A stretch of DNA of 64,000 nt. It comes from an uncultured Gaiellales bacterium. Lineage in GTDB: Bacteria > Actinomycetota > Thermoleophilia > RBG-16-64-13. Where the stretch lies: positions 60,399-124,398 of the forward strand of contig CAZQDY010000001.1 of the NCBI GenBank assembly GCA_964592075.1, given 5' to 3'. Position 1 is the stretch's first letter. Every line of letters starts with the position of its first letter. Made by a program: the position numbers and the translations under genes. The notes below the pieces were generated by a model. That model was not told where the DNA came from and did no database searches. It saw nothing but the letters and a program-made list of their open reading frames with translations. This document shows positions 1 to 9,875 of the stretch, piece by piece.

Positions 1-1907
1 CGCCCGGCGCGGGGCGGCGGCTTCTTGAAGGTCTTCTCCACCGCCTGAGCCGGGCGGGGCAGACGGACGACGGCATGTATGCGCGTGGTGATGAGCTCCA
101 CACCCTGCGAGACGAGACCGGCACCTGAGCCGTATAGAGTGTCGTACGAGGAGCGGAAGTCGTCGACGGCCCGGTGGAGAGCCTCGGCGGTGAGCTCCCC
201 TTGCGGGAGGCGCACCAGCAGGGTGTGCAGCCATTGACCGCTGTAGCGCATGAGCCCGTACCGCTCGATCTCCACCTCTTCTGTGTCCCTCCCCATCTGA
301 CCCATCGACGCGAGGGCCTCGCTCTCGAGCTCCGCCACCAGGCTGTTCAGCTCGTCCGCGGGGAAGGGGGCGAAGAAGAGCTGCTCCCTCTCGATGTTCA
401 GCACCAGATCGGAGGTGGAACACCCGTAAGCCGAGAGAGTGGAGGCGCCGTTGCCCAGCGGCACCACCACGTCCTTCACCCCGAGTTCCTGAGCGAAGGC
501 GAAGGCGTGGAGCGGGCCGGCTCCTCCGTAGGCGTAAACCAGGAAGTCCCGCGGATCGTATCCACGCACGACGGTCTGCTGCCTTATGAGCTCGGCCGCT
601 CTTGCGTTGTTGATGCGCACGATGCCGGCCGCCGTCTCGTCCGGGTCCAAACCCACCTGCTCTCCCAGAGCCGCCACGGCATGCACGGCGGCCTCGCGGT
701 CGAGCGGCATGCGACCTCCAAGAAATCCCTCGGCCGACAAGAGTCCCAACACCAGGTCGGCGTCTGTCACCGTTGGCTCAGTGCCGCCCCGCCGGTAGCA
801 CACCGGCCCAGGTTCGGCCCCCGCGCTCTCGGGCCCCACACGGATGGAGCGGCTGTGGGGATCGACCCGGGCCAGACTGCCGCCGCCGCAGGCGATAGAG
901 GTGGTCTCCAAGCGGGGGAGCCTGTAGCGATACTGGTCGATGACGTTCTCATCGCCCACCAGGGGCTCGCCGCCGATGATCAGGCCCACCTCGAAAGAGG
1001 TCCCGCCCATATCGGTGGCGATGATGCTCTTGTGGCCAAGCCGCCGGGCCAGAGACAGGGAGCCGATCAACCCGCCCACCGGGCCGGAGCCCAGCGAGGT
1101 GAGAGGGATCTCCACCGCCTTGCCGGCCGGCAACACCCCTCCCGACACCTGCATGACGAGAAGCGGATGCCTCAGGCCCGTCTCGTGCAGACGGTCGGCG
1201 GCCCCGCGGAAGTAGGCTGCAGAAGCCGGGGCGACGTAGCTGTTGATGACAGTCGCCACCGTCCGCTCGTACTCCCCCAGGCGAGGCGCCACCTGGTGCG
1301 AACAGCAGACATAGACATCGGGGGCGACCGCCCGGACGATCTCCATGGCCCGGAGCTCGTGAGCGGGATTCTTGAACGAGAACAGGAAGGCGATGGCAAT
1401 GGCGGCCACTCCGGCTTCGCGCACCAACCGGCGGACGGCGGCTTCGACCGCCTCCTCGTCCAGGGGCACGATCTCGTCGCCCTTGTAGTCCACGCGCTCG
1501 TCGATCTCCTCGATGAGGGCCCGTGGCACCAGAGGAGTCGGTTTCGCCGTCGCCTGGGGGTGGAACAGGAGGTCGAGCTCCAGTCCGGCCGTCCGGCCGG
1601 TGCCGCGCATCATGAGGATGGAATCCCCGTGCCCCGCCGTCGCGAGCAGTCCCGTGCGCGCCCCTCGCCTTTCCACGAGCAGGTTGGTGCCCACGGTGGT
1701 CCCCAGGCTGAAGCGTTCGGCCGCGGCGATCAGCTCAGGCGTGGTCGTCCCGCATTCCTCGGCGAGGGCGGCGAGAGCATCGAACATCCCAGCGGCGAAG
1801 TCGTCTTGAGTGGTGGCGGCCTTGGCGTAGTACAGGCGACCCGCTTCGTCCATGGCGGCGCAGTCGGTGAAGGTGCCTCCTCCGTCTACTCCGATATAGC
1901 AGCCCAC
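1..1907 (-). CDS. Hydantoinase/oxoprolinase family protein (N-methylhydantoinase A / acetone carboxylase beta-like), 3' end runs off the window
   Basis: Not in the ORF track because it has no stop in the window. Manual translation from GTG 1907 gives (M)GCYIGVDGGGTFTDC...GTTVGTNLLVERRGARTGLL...EYERTVATVINSYV...SGPVGG...DMGGTSFEV...GPESAGAEPGPVCYRRGGTEPTVTDADLVLG...YGGAGPLHA, all hallmark HyuA/OplA motifs. A purine-rich RBS lies upstream. Confidence 0.92.
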   Translation of the reverse strand, partial: MGCYIGVDGGGTFTDCAAMDEAGRLYYAKAATTQDDFAAGMFDALAALAEECGTTTPELIAAAERFSLGTTVGTNLLVERRGARTGLLATAGHGDSILMMRGTGRTAGLELDLLFHPQATAKPTPLVPRALIEEIDERVDYKGDEIVPLDEEAVEAAVRRLVREAGVAAIAIAFLFSFKNPAHELRAMEIVRAVAPDVYVCCSHQVAPRLGEYERTVATVINSYVAPASAAYFRGAADRLHETGLRHPLLVMQVSGGVLPAGKAVEIPLTSLGSGPVGGLIGSLSLARRLGHKSIIATDMGGTSFEVGLIIGGEPLVGDENVIDQYRYRLPRLETTSIACGGGSLARVDPHSRSIRVGPESAGAEPGPVCYRRGGTEPTVTDADLVLGLLSAEGFLGGRMPLDREAAVHAVAALGEQVGLDPDETAAGIVRINNARAAELIRQQTVVRGYDPRDFLVYAYGGAGPLHAFAFAQELGVKDVVVPLGNGASTLSAYGCSTSDLVLNIEREQLFFAPFPADELNSLVAELESEALASMGQMGRDTEEVEIERYGLMRYSGQWLHTLLVRLPQGELTAEALHRAVDDFRSSYDTLYGSGAGLVSQGVELITTRIHAVVRLPRPAQAVEKTFKKPPPRAG

Positions 1908-1952
1908 TCGCCGCCCCTTCCGTCCCTATGTCCCGGATCCCATGGCCACGGC

Positions 1953-3389
1953 CTATCCCGTCGCCAGGGCGATCATGTCGCGGACGTCTTCCGACTTCTC
2001 CAGATTGGCTACCGCCGCCACCAAGCGGTGCACGTTCGCGGCAGGGAGCGGATGGCCGGCGTGAACCAGGCAGTCCTCGAACTTGCGTTCGATGTCGGCG
2101 AACGAGAGCGGCCGCGAAGGGGTGCCGGTGGGAAGGTCCACCTGCTCGGTCAGCACCCGGCCGTCGGTGGTGGTGACGCTCACTCTGGCGGGCTCGATGC
2201 CCACATCCCCGCGGTTCAGCTCGGGGGCCACCTCCACGCTGATCTTCGCCGAGACATCGAGGATGTCGGGGCTCTTGATGGCGGTCTCGGTGAAGTCGTC
2301 CAGAGTCGCCCGGCGCCGGGCGAGAGCGGTCGCCACCCCCCAGATGATGCTGAACTGGGAGTCGACGAAGGTCCTCGGCCGCGCTTTCGACTCGAACGGA
2401 GTGGCCAGGAGGAAGTTGGTGCCCTCTCCGCAGTTGATGAGGATGCTCCTCGCGTCCTCGGGCCGGACGTCGTACCTGGCGACCAGAGCCAGCGCCGCGT
2501 CGATGAAGGGGTGCACGCCCCTGCAGCAGGGATACGGTTTGATGGAGACGTTCACGCCCTCGAAGCGCGTGCCCAGGTCGTTCACCAGGATCTCCCGGGA
2601 GTACGACCCTCCGTGGTAGACCTGATAGATCCCCGCTTTGCCCTCCAGACAGTTGCGCGCCCCGGTGATGCCGCGCTTCGCCATGAGAGCGGAGGCTATG
2701 CCGCCCCTCACCGCCATGCCCGGGCCCATCCTCTTGGTCAGCGCCCCGTCCTTGACGCACTGGCCGTTGCCGGATGACTGGTGATAGCCGATGCCTATGG
2801 CGTTGGTGATGCCGTCGGCGTCCAGACCCAGCAGGCGGGCGGCCACGGCGGCGGCGGTCATATAGCCATAGAGAGTGGTGAGATGCCATCCGAAGGCGTG
2901 GATGTTCTCGCCCGGCCTGGTCGCGAGACCCAGTCGGCAGATGAAGTCGGTACCGAGGGCCACCGCGGTGATGAACTCCCGCCCGTCGACCAAGCGTCCG
3001 TCCTTGCCGCCAAGATACTCGCTCATGGCCAGCGCCGTGGGAATCGTGACGACGCCCGGATGCATGATGGCGTCCTCATGCACGTCGTCGAAATCCAGCG
3101 AGTGTGCCATGGTGGCGTTGACCTGGGCGGCGTTCGGCGCCGGGAGCTTGTCTCCCCAGCGGAGTGTGCTGCTCTGGGGCGCCCCTCCCCACTCCAGCAC
3201 CAGGTCCCTCATCTCGGCCACTCCGGCCTCGGAAGACCCGCCCAGCGCCACGCCGAAGAAATCGAGGACCTGGTCTTTCGTGACCTTGACCACCTCAGGT
3301 GGCAGGTCCTCATAGTCAATGTCGCGGAAGTTGGCAACAAAAAGCTGGGTGGCGTCGAGCTTCATTTCGTTCGGACCGGTGTCTGTCAT
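1953..3389 (-). CDS. MmgE/PrpD family protein
   Basis: Motifs VLDFFGVALGG, AAQVNATMAHSLDFDDVH, HPG, GWH, KRMGPG, IKPYPCCRGVH, GTPSRPLS. Confidence 0.92.
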   Translation of the reverse strand: MTDTGPNEMKLDATQLFVANFRDIDYEDLPPEVVKVTKDQVLDFFGVALGGSSEAGVAEMRDLVLEWGGAPQSSTLRWGDKLPAPNAAQVNATMAHSLDFDDVHEDAIMHPGVVTIPTALAMSEYLGGKDGRLVDGREFITAVALGTDFICRLGLATRPGENIHAFGWHLTTLYGYMTAAAVAARLLGLDADGITNAIGIGYHQSSGNGQCVKDGALTKRMGPGMAVRGGIASALMAKRGITGARNCLEGKAGIYQVYHGGSYSREILVNDLGTRFEGVNVSIKPYPCCRGVHPFIDAALALVARYDVRPEDARSILINCGEGTNFLLATPFESKARPRTFVDSQFSIIWGVATALARRRATLDDFTETAIKSPDILDVSAKISVEVAPELNRGDVGIEPARVSVTTTDGRVLTEQVDLPTGTPSRPLSFADIERKFEDCLVHAGHPLPAANVHRLVAAVANLEKSEDVRDMIALATG

Positions 3390-3458
3390 GGCGTTCTTCC
3401 TTGTGGATCTGTATCGAGACGTCCGGCCCTTGGAGGCCGGGTCCGCCCCGCGGTCGGT

Positions 3459-4361
3459 TTACGTGAGCAGAGGTCTCGAAAGTGGAAAATGCAGATTGAC
3501 GGCCCGGAGCAGAGGGCCGAGCTCGGCACTGATCTTTTCCGCCGTTTGCAGGGTCTTCAGACCTATCTCGCGAGCCCGCTCGGGCGAGAAGGAGCCGACC
3601 GCGACCACGAATCCCGCCGCGCGCTTCAACCCCGGCTCCTCGGGGAACTCGACCATCATCACGGCGCTCACCGCGTTCAGCCCGGACCAAGTGGTCCCCA
3701 GCGCCGCCCCGTATCCCAGCCGCCGGCTCTCCTCCACCTCGGCACGCAGGGTCTCCCGGTCGATGGCGTCCCGCGCGGTCTCGCCGGCCTGGAGGATGGA
3801 GTTCTGCGACAGCCGCCGCTCCAGATCCTCGGGGGACAGCGTGGCGAGGTACGCCCGTCCGTGAGCGCCCCAAGTCAAGGGGTAGCGCTGCCCCACGTCG
3901 ATGGCGATATAGGTGCCGCCCGGCGCGTGCCGGCGGGCGGCGACGAACATGGTCTCCCCCGACACCACTCCCAGGTGGATGCTGCATCCCGTCTGCGCCG
4001 CCAGCTCCTCCAGGTAGGGCGCGGCCTCCTGCCCGATGTCGGTGTTGTTGATGAGCGCCCGGCTGAGCAGGAGCACGTTCGGTCCCAGCCGGTAGTTCTT
4101 GGTGCGGTCGTTGCGCGTCACCAGTCCCGCGTGGCGCAGGGTGTTGAGGATGGCGAGCCCCTTGCTCTTGCTGATGCCCACCTGTCTGGCCAGCTCGGTG
4201 AGTGAGGCCTCACCGCCCACCATGTTGGCGAGGGTGAACATCAGGCGGATCGACTGGTCCACGGCGGGCACCAACTGCAAGTAGGAATCCTTGTTGCCTT
4301 CCCCGGCCTGCTCCCCTGAGGGCTGTTCACTATACGGTATTGGGTTCAGTATAGCGTCCAT
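3459..4361 (-). CDS. IclR family transcriptional regulator
   Basis: wHTH SLTELARQVGISKSKGLAILNTL...YRLG, followed by an IclR effector domain (G.RYPLTWGAHGRAYLA, SRRLGY). Confidence 0.9.
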   Translation of the reverse strand: MDAILNPIPYSEQPSGEQAGEGNKDSYLQLVPAVDQSIRLMFTLANMVGGEASLTELARQVGISKSKGLAILNTLRHAGLVTRNDRTKNYRLGPNVLLLSRALINNTDIGQEAAPYLEELAAQTGCSIHLGVVSGETMFVAARRHAPGGTYIAIDVGQRYPLTWGAHGRAYLATLSPEDLERRLSQNSILQAGETARDAIDRETLRAEVEESRRLGYGAALGTTWSGLNAVSAVMMVEFPEEPGLKRAAGFVVAVGSFSPERAREIGLKTLQTAEKISAELGPLLRAVNLHFPLSRPLLT

Positions 4362-4368
4362 TCACGCA

Positions 4369-4397
4369 ATCTTATGGGGTCTCCCGCAGCCTGTCAA
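4369..4397 (-). promoter_or_regulatory. Sigma70-type promoter for iclR, probably leaderless
   Basis: Minus strand TTGACA (4397-4392), 17 bp, TAAGAT (4374-4369), 7 nt, then ATG at 4361. No SD sequence in between. Confidence 0.75.
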
Positions 4398-4430
4398 GGC
4401 CGCAGCGGGACGGCCTGGGCAAGGTCGCTC

Positions 4431-5124
<694 letters not shown>

Positions 5125-5135
<11 letters not shown>

Positions 5136-5889
5136 TCGAACCTGTACCCAGATAGGCTTTCACGACTTCCGGATCGTTCTTGATCTCGTCCGGGGTCCCC
5201 TCCGCGATCTTCCTGCCGAAGTTGAGCACGCAGAATCTCTGGCAGATGCTCATGGCGGCTCTCATGTTGTGCTCGATGAGGAGGATGGTGATGCCGCTCT
5301 TCCAGAGCCTGCGCACCAGCGCTATCGTCTCGTCGACCTCCGCGATGTTCATGCCGGCGAGGGGCTCGTCGAGCAGGAGCAGCTTCGGCCGGCAGGCGAG
5401 CGCTATGGCGATGCCCAGCATCCGTTTGTGGCCGTGCGGCAGGGACCCCGCGGTGACCCCCGCCAGCTGTGAGATCCCCACCAGTTCGAGGATCTCCTCG
5501 GAGTCCTGCCTCAGCTCCCGCTCTCTGCGTCTGGCGCCGCCGGTGGAGAACACCGTCTGCCAGAAATTGACGCCCGAGTTGAGGTGATGGGCCAAGCGCA
5601 CGTTGTCCAGCACCGTGAAGTCCGCAAAGACGTTGTCCTGCTGGAAGCTCCGGACGATGCCCGCGGACGCGACACGGTGGGGTTTCTTGCCGGTGATGTC
5701 CTTGCCTTCGAACCTCACTTTGCCCGCGCTGGGTTTGATGTAACCCGTGAGCAGGTTGAAGAAGGTCGTCTTACCCGCTCCGTTCGGGCCGATGAGGCCG
5801 ACCAGCTCACCCTGCCGGACGCCCATGTCCACAGTGCTGACGGCCGCCAGCCCGCCGAAGTTCTTCGTGAGACCCTCAACCTGCAACAT
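5125..5889 (-). CDS. livG: HAAT-type ABC transporter ATP-binding protein, LivG-like
   Basis: GPNGAGKTT, LPHGHKR, LLLDEPLAG, IEHNM, C-terminal PEVVKAYLG. Confidence 0.93.
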
Positions 5890-6853
5890 CGGTCTGCTCC
5901 TTCGCGGTCTTCCGGAACAGCCTGCTCAGCCTGTGCGGCAATCCCACCAACCCTTCGGGCATGAGGAAGATGATCAGCATGAGGATGGCGGCGTACACGA
6001 AGGGCATGTAAGACTCCAGCGGCCGCGCCACCTCGGGCAGGACGGTGAGCAGCGCCGCCCCTATGATGGGCCCCGCGAAGGAGCCCGCGCCGCCCACGAT
6101 CATGTAGATCAGTATGTAGATGGTGAACAGGAAGCCGAAGGCCGTCGGGTCGAGAGCGGACACGTAGTGAGCGTAGAACCCTCCCACCAGGCCGGCGAAG
6201 AAGCCCCCGATCGAGAAGGCCAGCACCTTGAAGCCGGTGGTGTTGATGCCCACGCTCTCCGCCAACGAATCCGCCTGCTGGATGCCCCGGAAGGTCATGC
6301 CTACTCGCGAACGCTCGATTGCCCACATTATGAGGAGCGACACGAGCATCAGGCCGAGCATGAGGAAGAAGAACGAGGTCTTCGACTTGAACTCGACGCC
6401 CCAGAAGCCGTCGGGGCGCGGGATGTTGTAGAGGCCGCTGGCGCCGCCGGTCAGACTGCGCCACTGCTGGACGGTGAGCACGATGATCTGGACGAAGAAG
6501 ATGCTCACCATGGTGAAGTAGATGCCCTTGAGCCGGCTGAAGGGGAACCCGATGAGAAAGGACACGAGGCCTGCGAAGACGGCCGCCGCGAGCATGGCCG
6601 GCCAGGTGGAGAGGCCCAGTTTCATGGCTAAGAGCGCCGAGCTGTATGCCCCCAGAGTCACGAGGCCGCCGTGGGCCAAGGAGAGCTGCCCGGAGAGGTT
6701 GATGAGGCGCAGGCTCGAGGCCAGCATCACCCGCATCATGATCAGGATGAAGACGTGCAGGATGTACGGGCCCTTGACGAACAGCCCCACCAGCACCAGG
6801 GCGACGACCAGGAGGATGGTGGTGCCGAGCCCGGCCAGCTTCCTGCTACTCAT
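5876..6853 (-). CDS. livM: HAAT-type ABC transporter permease, LivM-like
   Basis: Multi-TM protein with SGQLSLAHG, RLKGIYFTMV, LTGGASG and GGAGSFAGPIIGA. Confidence 0.9.
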   Translation of the reverse strand: MSSRKLAGLGTTILLVVALVLVGLFVKGPYILHVFILIMMRVMLASSLRLINLSGQLSLAHGGLVTLGAYSSALLAMKLGLSTWPAMLAAAVFAGLVSFLIGFPFSRLKGIYFTMVSIFFVQIIVLTVQQWRSLTGGASGLYNIPRPDGFWGVEFKSKTSFFFLMLGLMLVSLLIMWAIERSRVGMTFRGIQQADSLAESVGINTTGFKVLAFSIGGFFAGLVGGFYAHYVSALDPTAFGFLFTIYILIYMIVGGAGSFAGPIIGAALLTVLPEVARPLESYMPFVYAAILMLIIFLMPEGLVGLPHRLSRLFRKTAKEQTDVAG

Positions 6854-7706
6854 GGCCCCACAGGCCCCGCGGTCTGAACAAGAGGATCAGGATGACGATG
6901 GCGAACCCTATGAGGCTGGCCATGTACGAACTCGTCACCACGGGCACGAGGCCGTCAATGAGACCGATGATGAGCCCACCCAGCACGGCTCCGGAGATGC
7001 TGCCGAGACCGCCCAGGATGATCACCGCGATCCCCTTCATCAGTACCGTGGCGCCCATGGTCGGGGTCAGCGTGAACAGCGCCCCGACCAGGCCCCCGGC
7101 CACCCCCGCGAGAGCGCAACCGACGAACATGGCGATGGCCGAGAGACGATTGATGTTGATGCCCTGCAGCGCGGCGCCCTCTCTGTCCTGAGATATGGCC
7201 AGCATGGCCTGGCCGTTCTTGGTGAAACGGATGAAGAGGAAGAGCGCGCCTATCAGCACGAACCCCGCGATGATGATGACCAGCCGTTCGGTGGAGAGCG
7301 CGAGACTGCCTATCTTCACCACGCTCTCGAAGGGACTGCTGTACGACTTGGGCGTGCCACCCGCGATGGCCAACACGATGTTCTGGAAGACCAGTATCAA
7401 CCCGATGGACAGCACCAAGGCCTGGTCGGGCTTACCCCGGAAGGGCCGGAAGAAGATGCGCTCGAGAACGATGCCCAGGATCCCCGAGGCAAGAACGGCG
7501 ATGACGAACGCCAGATAGAAGCTGATCCCCGCGTTCACACAGAAGTAGTAGACCACGTAGGCGCCGATCATGTAGATCTCGCCGTGCGAGAGCTGGACGA
7601 TGTTCATGATGCTGAGGACGAGGCTCAGCCCGACCGCCACCAGTATGTACCAGCCGGCGCACGTCAGGCCGTTCAAGACCCCTTGTAGAACATTGCCCTC
7701 GTCCAA
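6846..7706 (-). CDS. livH: HAAT-type ABC transporter permease, LivH-like
   Basis: AVGLSL...MNIVQLSHGE, GAALQGIN, GGLGSISGAVLGG. TTG start; overlaps the livM start. Confidence 0.9.
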   Translation of the reverse strand: MDEGNVLQGVLNGLTCAGWYILVAVGLSLVLSIMNIVQLSHGEIYMIGAYVVYYFCVNAGISFYLAFVIAVLASGILGIVLERIFFRPFRGKPDQALVLSIGLILVFQNIVLAIAGGTPKSYSSPFESVVKIGSLALSTERLVIIIAGFVLIGALFLFIRFTKNGQAMLAISQDREGAALQGININRLSAIAMFVGCALAGVAGGLVGALFTLTPTMGATVLMKGIAVIILGGLGSISGAVLGGLIIGLIDGLVPVVTSSYMASLIGFAIVILILLFRPRGLWGHE

Positions 7707-7731
7707 GAACCCCTCCCTCGTCAGGCCCCGT

Positions 7732-7773
7732 CCCGGCCCGGCGATCCTCGCGCGACGCCAAGGCCGGGCCGGG
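7732..7773 (-). terminator. GC-rich stem-loop between the binding-protein gene and livH
   Basis: cccggcccggc (7732-7742) and gccgggccggg (7763-7773) form an 11-bp inverted repeat. Confidence 0.5.
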
Positions 7774-7868
7774 CAACGGCGGGAGCCGGCACATCCGTGG
7801 CCGGCCCCCGGCCGCGCTCACTCTCTCACGTAGACTGAGATCTCAGGCCGCCGTTGCCGCAGGTGGCG

Positions 7869-9161
7869 CTACTGGACGAACTCAAAGTCCAGGTTCCCGT
7901 CTTTGAAGATGGACATGAGGAGCGGCTTCTTGCCACAGTGGTTGTTGCCGTAGATCTCGGGGTGCGATCCCCATTCTCCCGGCCCGTAGATGGTATCGAA
8001 GCTCGCCATCTGGCCACTGTCGATGTAGGCCACGATCTGCTCGGTGTCGACGCTCTGCGCTCCCTCCATGGCCTGGACTAGGATGGTGAAGACGTCGAGC
8101 AGATGCAGGCTGTCCATCTCCCAGCTCGTGCCCTGCTCTTCCACGAGGGCGCGCAGCTCCTTGACGATGGGGAGCATCTTGTCGCTGTAGACGTCCGGCG
8201 CCGTGGAAAGGATGTCGGTGAGATACTCCGGCTTCACCATGCCCTTGAGGATGTTGCTGTCGCCGGCGGTGCAGGGGGCGAAGATCGGGCCGGTGAAACC
8301 AAGCTCGCGCGACTGGTTGATGACGGCGCTGGTCCACGGTGGGATGCCGTAGATCACGTCGATGGCGTCCGGCTTCGCCGCGAGAGCCTTGTTCAGGATG
8401 GGATAGTAGTCCTCGGTCCCCATCGGGTACAGCTCGTAGTAGACCTCTTCCAGCCCGCTCGCAGCCACAGTGGATTTGACCAGCTCGACGTACGTGGAGC
8501 CGCCCGGGTCGTCGGGGGCGATGATGGCCACCTTCTTCACATCCGGGTACTTGGCCGTCGCGTAATCGTAGAAAGGTTCGATGTTCTCGACGCCCGCGTT
8601 GGTGAAGAACATGTACGGGTTGCTCGGGTTCACCTCATCAGCCCCAGCCCCGAAGGACTTCATGCGGATGATCTTGCTCTCCTCACATAGCTGCGCGATG
8701 GCCAGGTTGTTGGGCATGAACATCGGAGCGTAGAGGTACATGACGCCATCCTGCATGATCTTGTTGATGGCCGTCATCGCACCGTCGGTGGTCGACTGGT
8801 CGTCGTAGGCCACGATGTCGATCGTGTAGTGCGTGTCGCCGACCGTCACCCCGCCCTTGGAGTTCAGAAGCTCCTTGACCGGACCCACAGAGTCGTAGAT
8901 GGCCTTGAAGCCGGGTGCCATGGGGCCTGTCACCGAGGTGATGACGCCGAAGATCAGGGTCTCTTCCTTGGCGGCGGCCGCCGTGGTGTCGGAGCTGGCA
9001 GGCGCTGCCGTCGTGTCGGAGCTCTCGGGAGCCGCCGTGGTGTCGCTGCTCGCGCGCGCCGCCGTGGTGGTCGTCTCTTCTTCATCTCCGCAGGCCACCA
9101 CCACCATGGCGACCAGCAGCAGCGCGACTAGGAGCCCCCCCAAAAGAAACCGTCTCTTCAT
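7869..9161 (-). CDS. HAAT-type ABC substrate-binding lipoprotein (LivK/periplasmic binding protein family 6)
   Basis: Signal peptide with lipobox VVVAC, Thr/Ser/Ala stalk, then IFGVITSVTGPMA. First gene of a livKHMGF-like operon. Confidence 0.88.
   Translation of the reverse strand: MKRRFLLGGLLVALLLVAMVVVACGDEEETTTTAARASSDTTAAPESSDTTAAPASSDTTAAAAKEETLIFGVITSVTGPMAPGFKAIYDSVGPVKELLNSKGGVTVGDTHYTIDIVAYDDQSTTDGAMTAINKIMQDGVMYLYAPMFMPNNLAIAQLCEESKIIRMKSFGAGADEVNPSNPYMFFTNAGVENIEPFYDYATAKYPDVKKVAIIAPDDPGGSTYVELVKSTVAASGLEEVYYELYPMGTEDYYPILNKALAAKPDAIDVIYGIPPWTSAVINQSRELGFTGPIFAPCTAGDSNILKGMVKPEYLTDILSTAPDVYSDKMLPIVKELRALVEEQGTSWEMDSLHLLDVFTILVQAMEGAQSVDTEQIVAYIDSGQMASFDTIYGPGEWGSHPEIYGNNHCGKKPLLMSIFKDGNLDFEFVQ
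8977..9072 (-). repeat. 27-bp coding tandem repeat (SSDTTAAxx x3 plus a partial copy) in the lipoprotein stalk
   Basis: Units begin gccgccgtggtgtc or close variants at 8977, 9004, 9031 and 9058. Confidence 0.85.
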
Positions 9162-9418
9162 CGAACTTCCTCCCTCCTGATACGACTACGTACTCGTTGC
9201 CTCACAGCTTCGAAACGCGTACCAACCAAGTCGCGATCAGCCCCCACACCTCCTATGCGTCGATGATGTCCCGGTCATCGTCCGTGCTCCGGCATTGGCC
9301 GCCGGATCGTGTGCTTCGGCGCTGACCGCCGAGTTGTGTCCACGGAACATAGTTCAGGAGTTCTTGCGCGCCAGAATACGACCGCTTCGTGGTCTTGTCA
9401 AACGTCCACGGTCCGTAG

Positions 9419-9862
9419 TCACTCGTAGCACTGGGGGACCATGCGGAGCGTGTCAAACTGCGACAACTCGTGCCCCATGATGACAAGAGCCCCTTCTTGC
9501 TGCATGTGCTTCAGCGTCACTATTGCCTGGACGGCCAGTTGGCTGCTCCAGCACATGCCGGGGGGCCAGACGGCGGTCAGGTTCTCCGCCACCTGCACTG
9601 CGTCTCCGGCCAGGACGACCCGCCCGGACCGGGGCAGGCCGACGAGGACCGATTGATGGCCCTCGGTGTGCCCCCTCGTGTCGAAACAGACCACCGACCC
9701 GTCCTCGAACACATCGAGCCGCTCGGCGTCGGGGAGTTGGAGGTAGTCGAGATCCCGGGTCTTGAGTAGGGCCGCGAAGCACATCTGCATGCCCATGGGC
9801 GTCTCGCCCTCAGCAAGCAGGTCGAGCACCTTGTTGGGCCGCAGGAACGGTCTGAAGCCCAT
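9419..9862 (-). pseudogene. AHL-lactonase-like metallo-beta-lactamase fold gene lacking the central HxHxDH region (probable internal deletion)
   Basis: 147 aa. Keeps C-terminal MBL motifs (DVFEDGSV, GHTEGHQS, LAGDA, MGHE) but has no DTG or HxHxDH. It has its own AGGAGG RBS and ATG just after the ADH stop, leaving no room for a missing N-terminus. Confidence 0.6.
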
Positions 9863-9875
9863 GGCGCCCCTCCTT

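Noticed and set aside
174-2777. Long + strand ORFs antisense to real genes (e.g. 174-2777, 2781-4205, 9762-11003, 23819-25075, 38842-40593, 59655-61154)
   Set aside because: These are shadow ORFs typical of high-GC DNA. They have no recognisable motifs, are rich in Arg/Gly/His/Ala, and fully overlap well-supported genes on the opposite strand.
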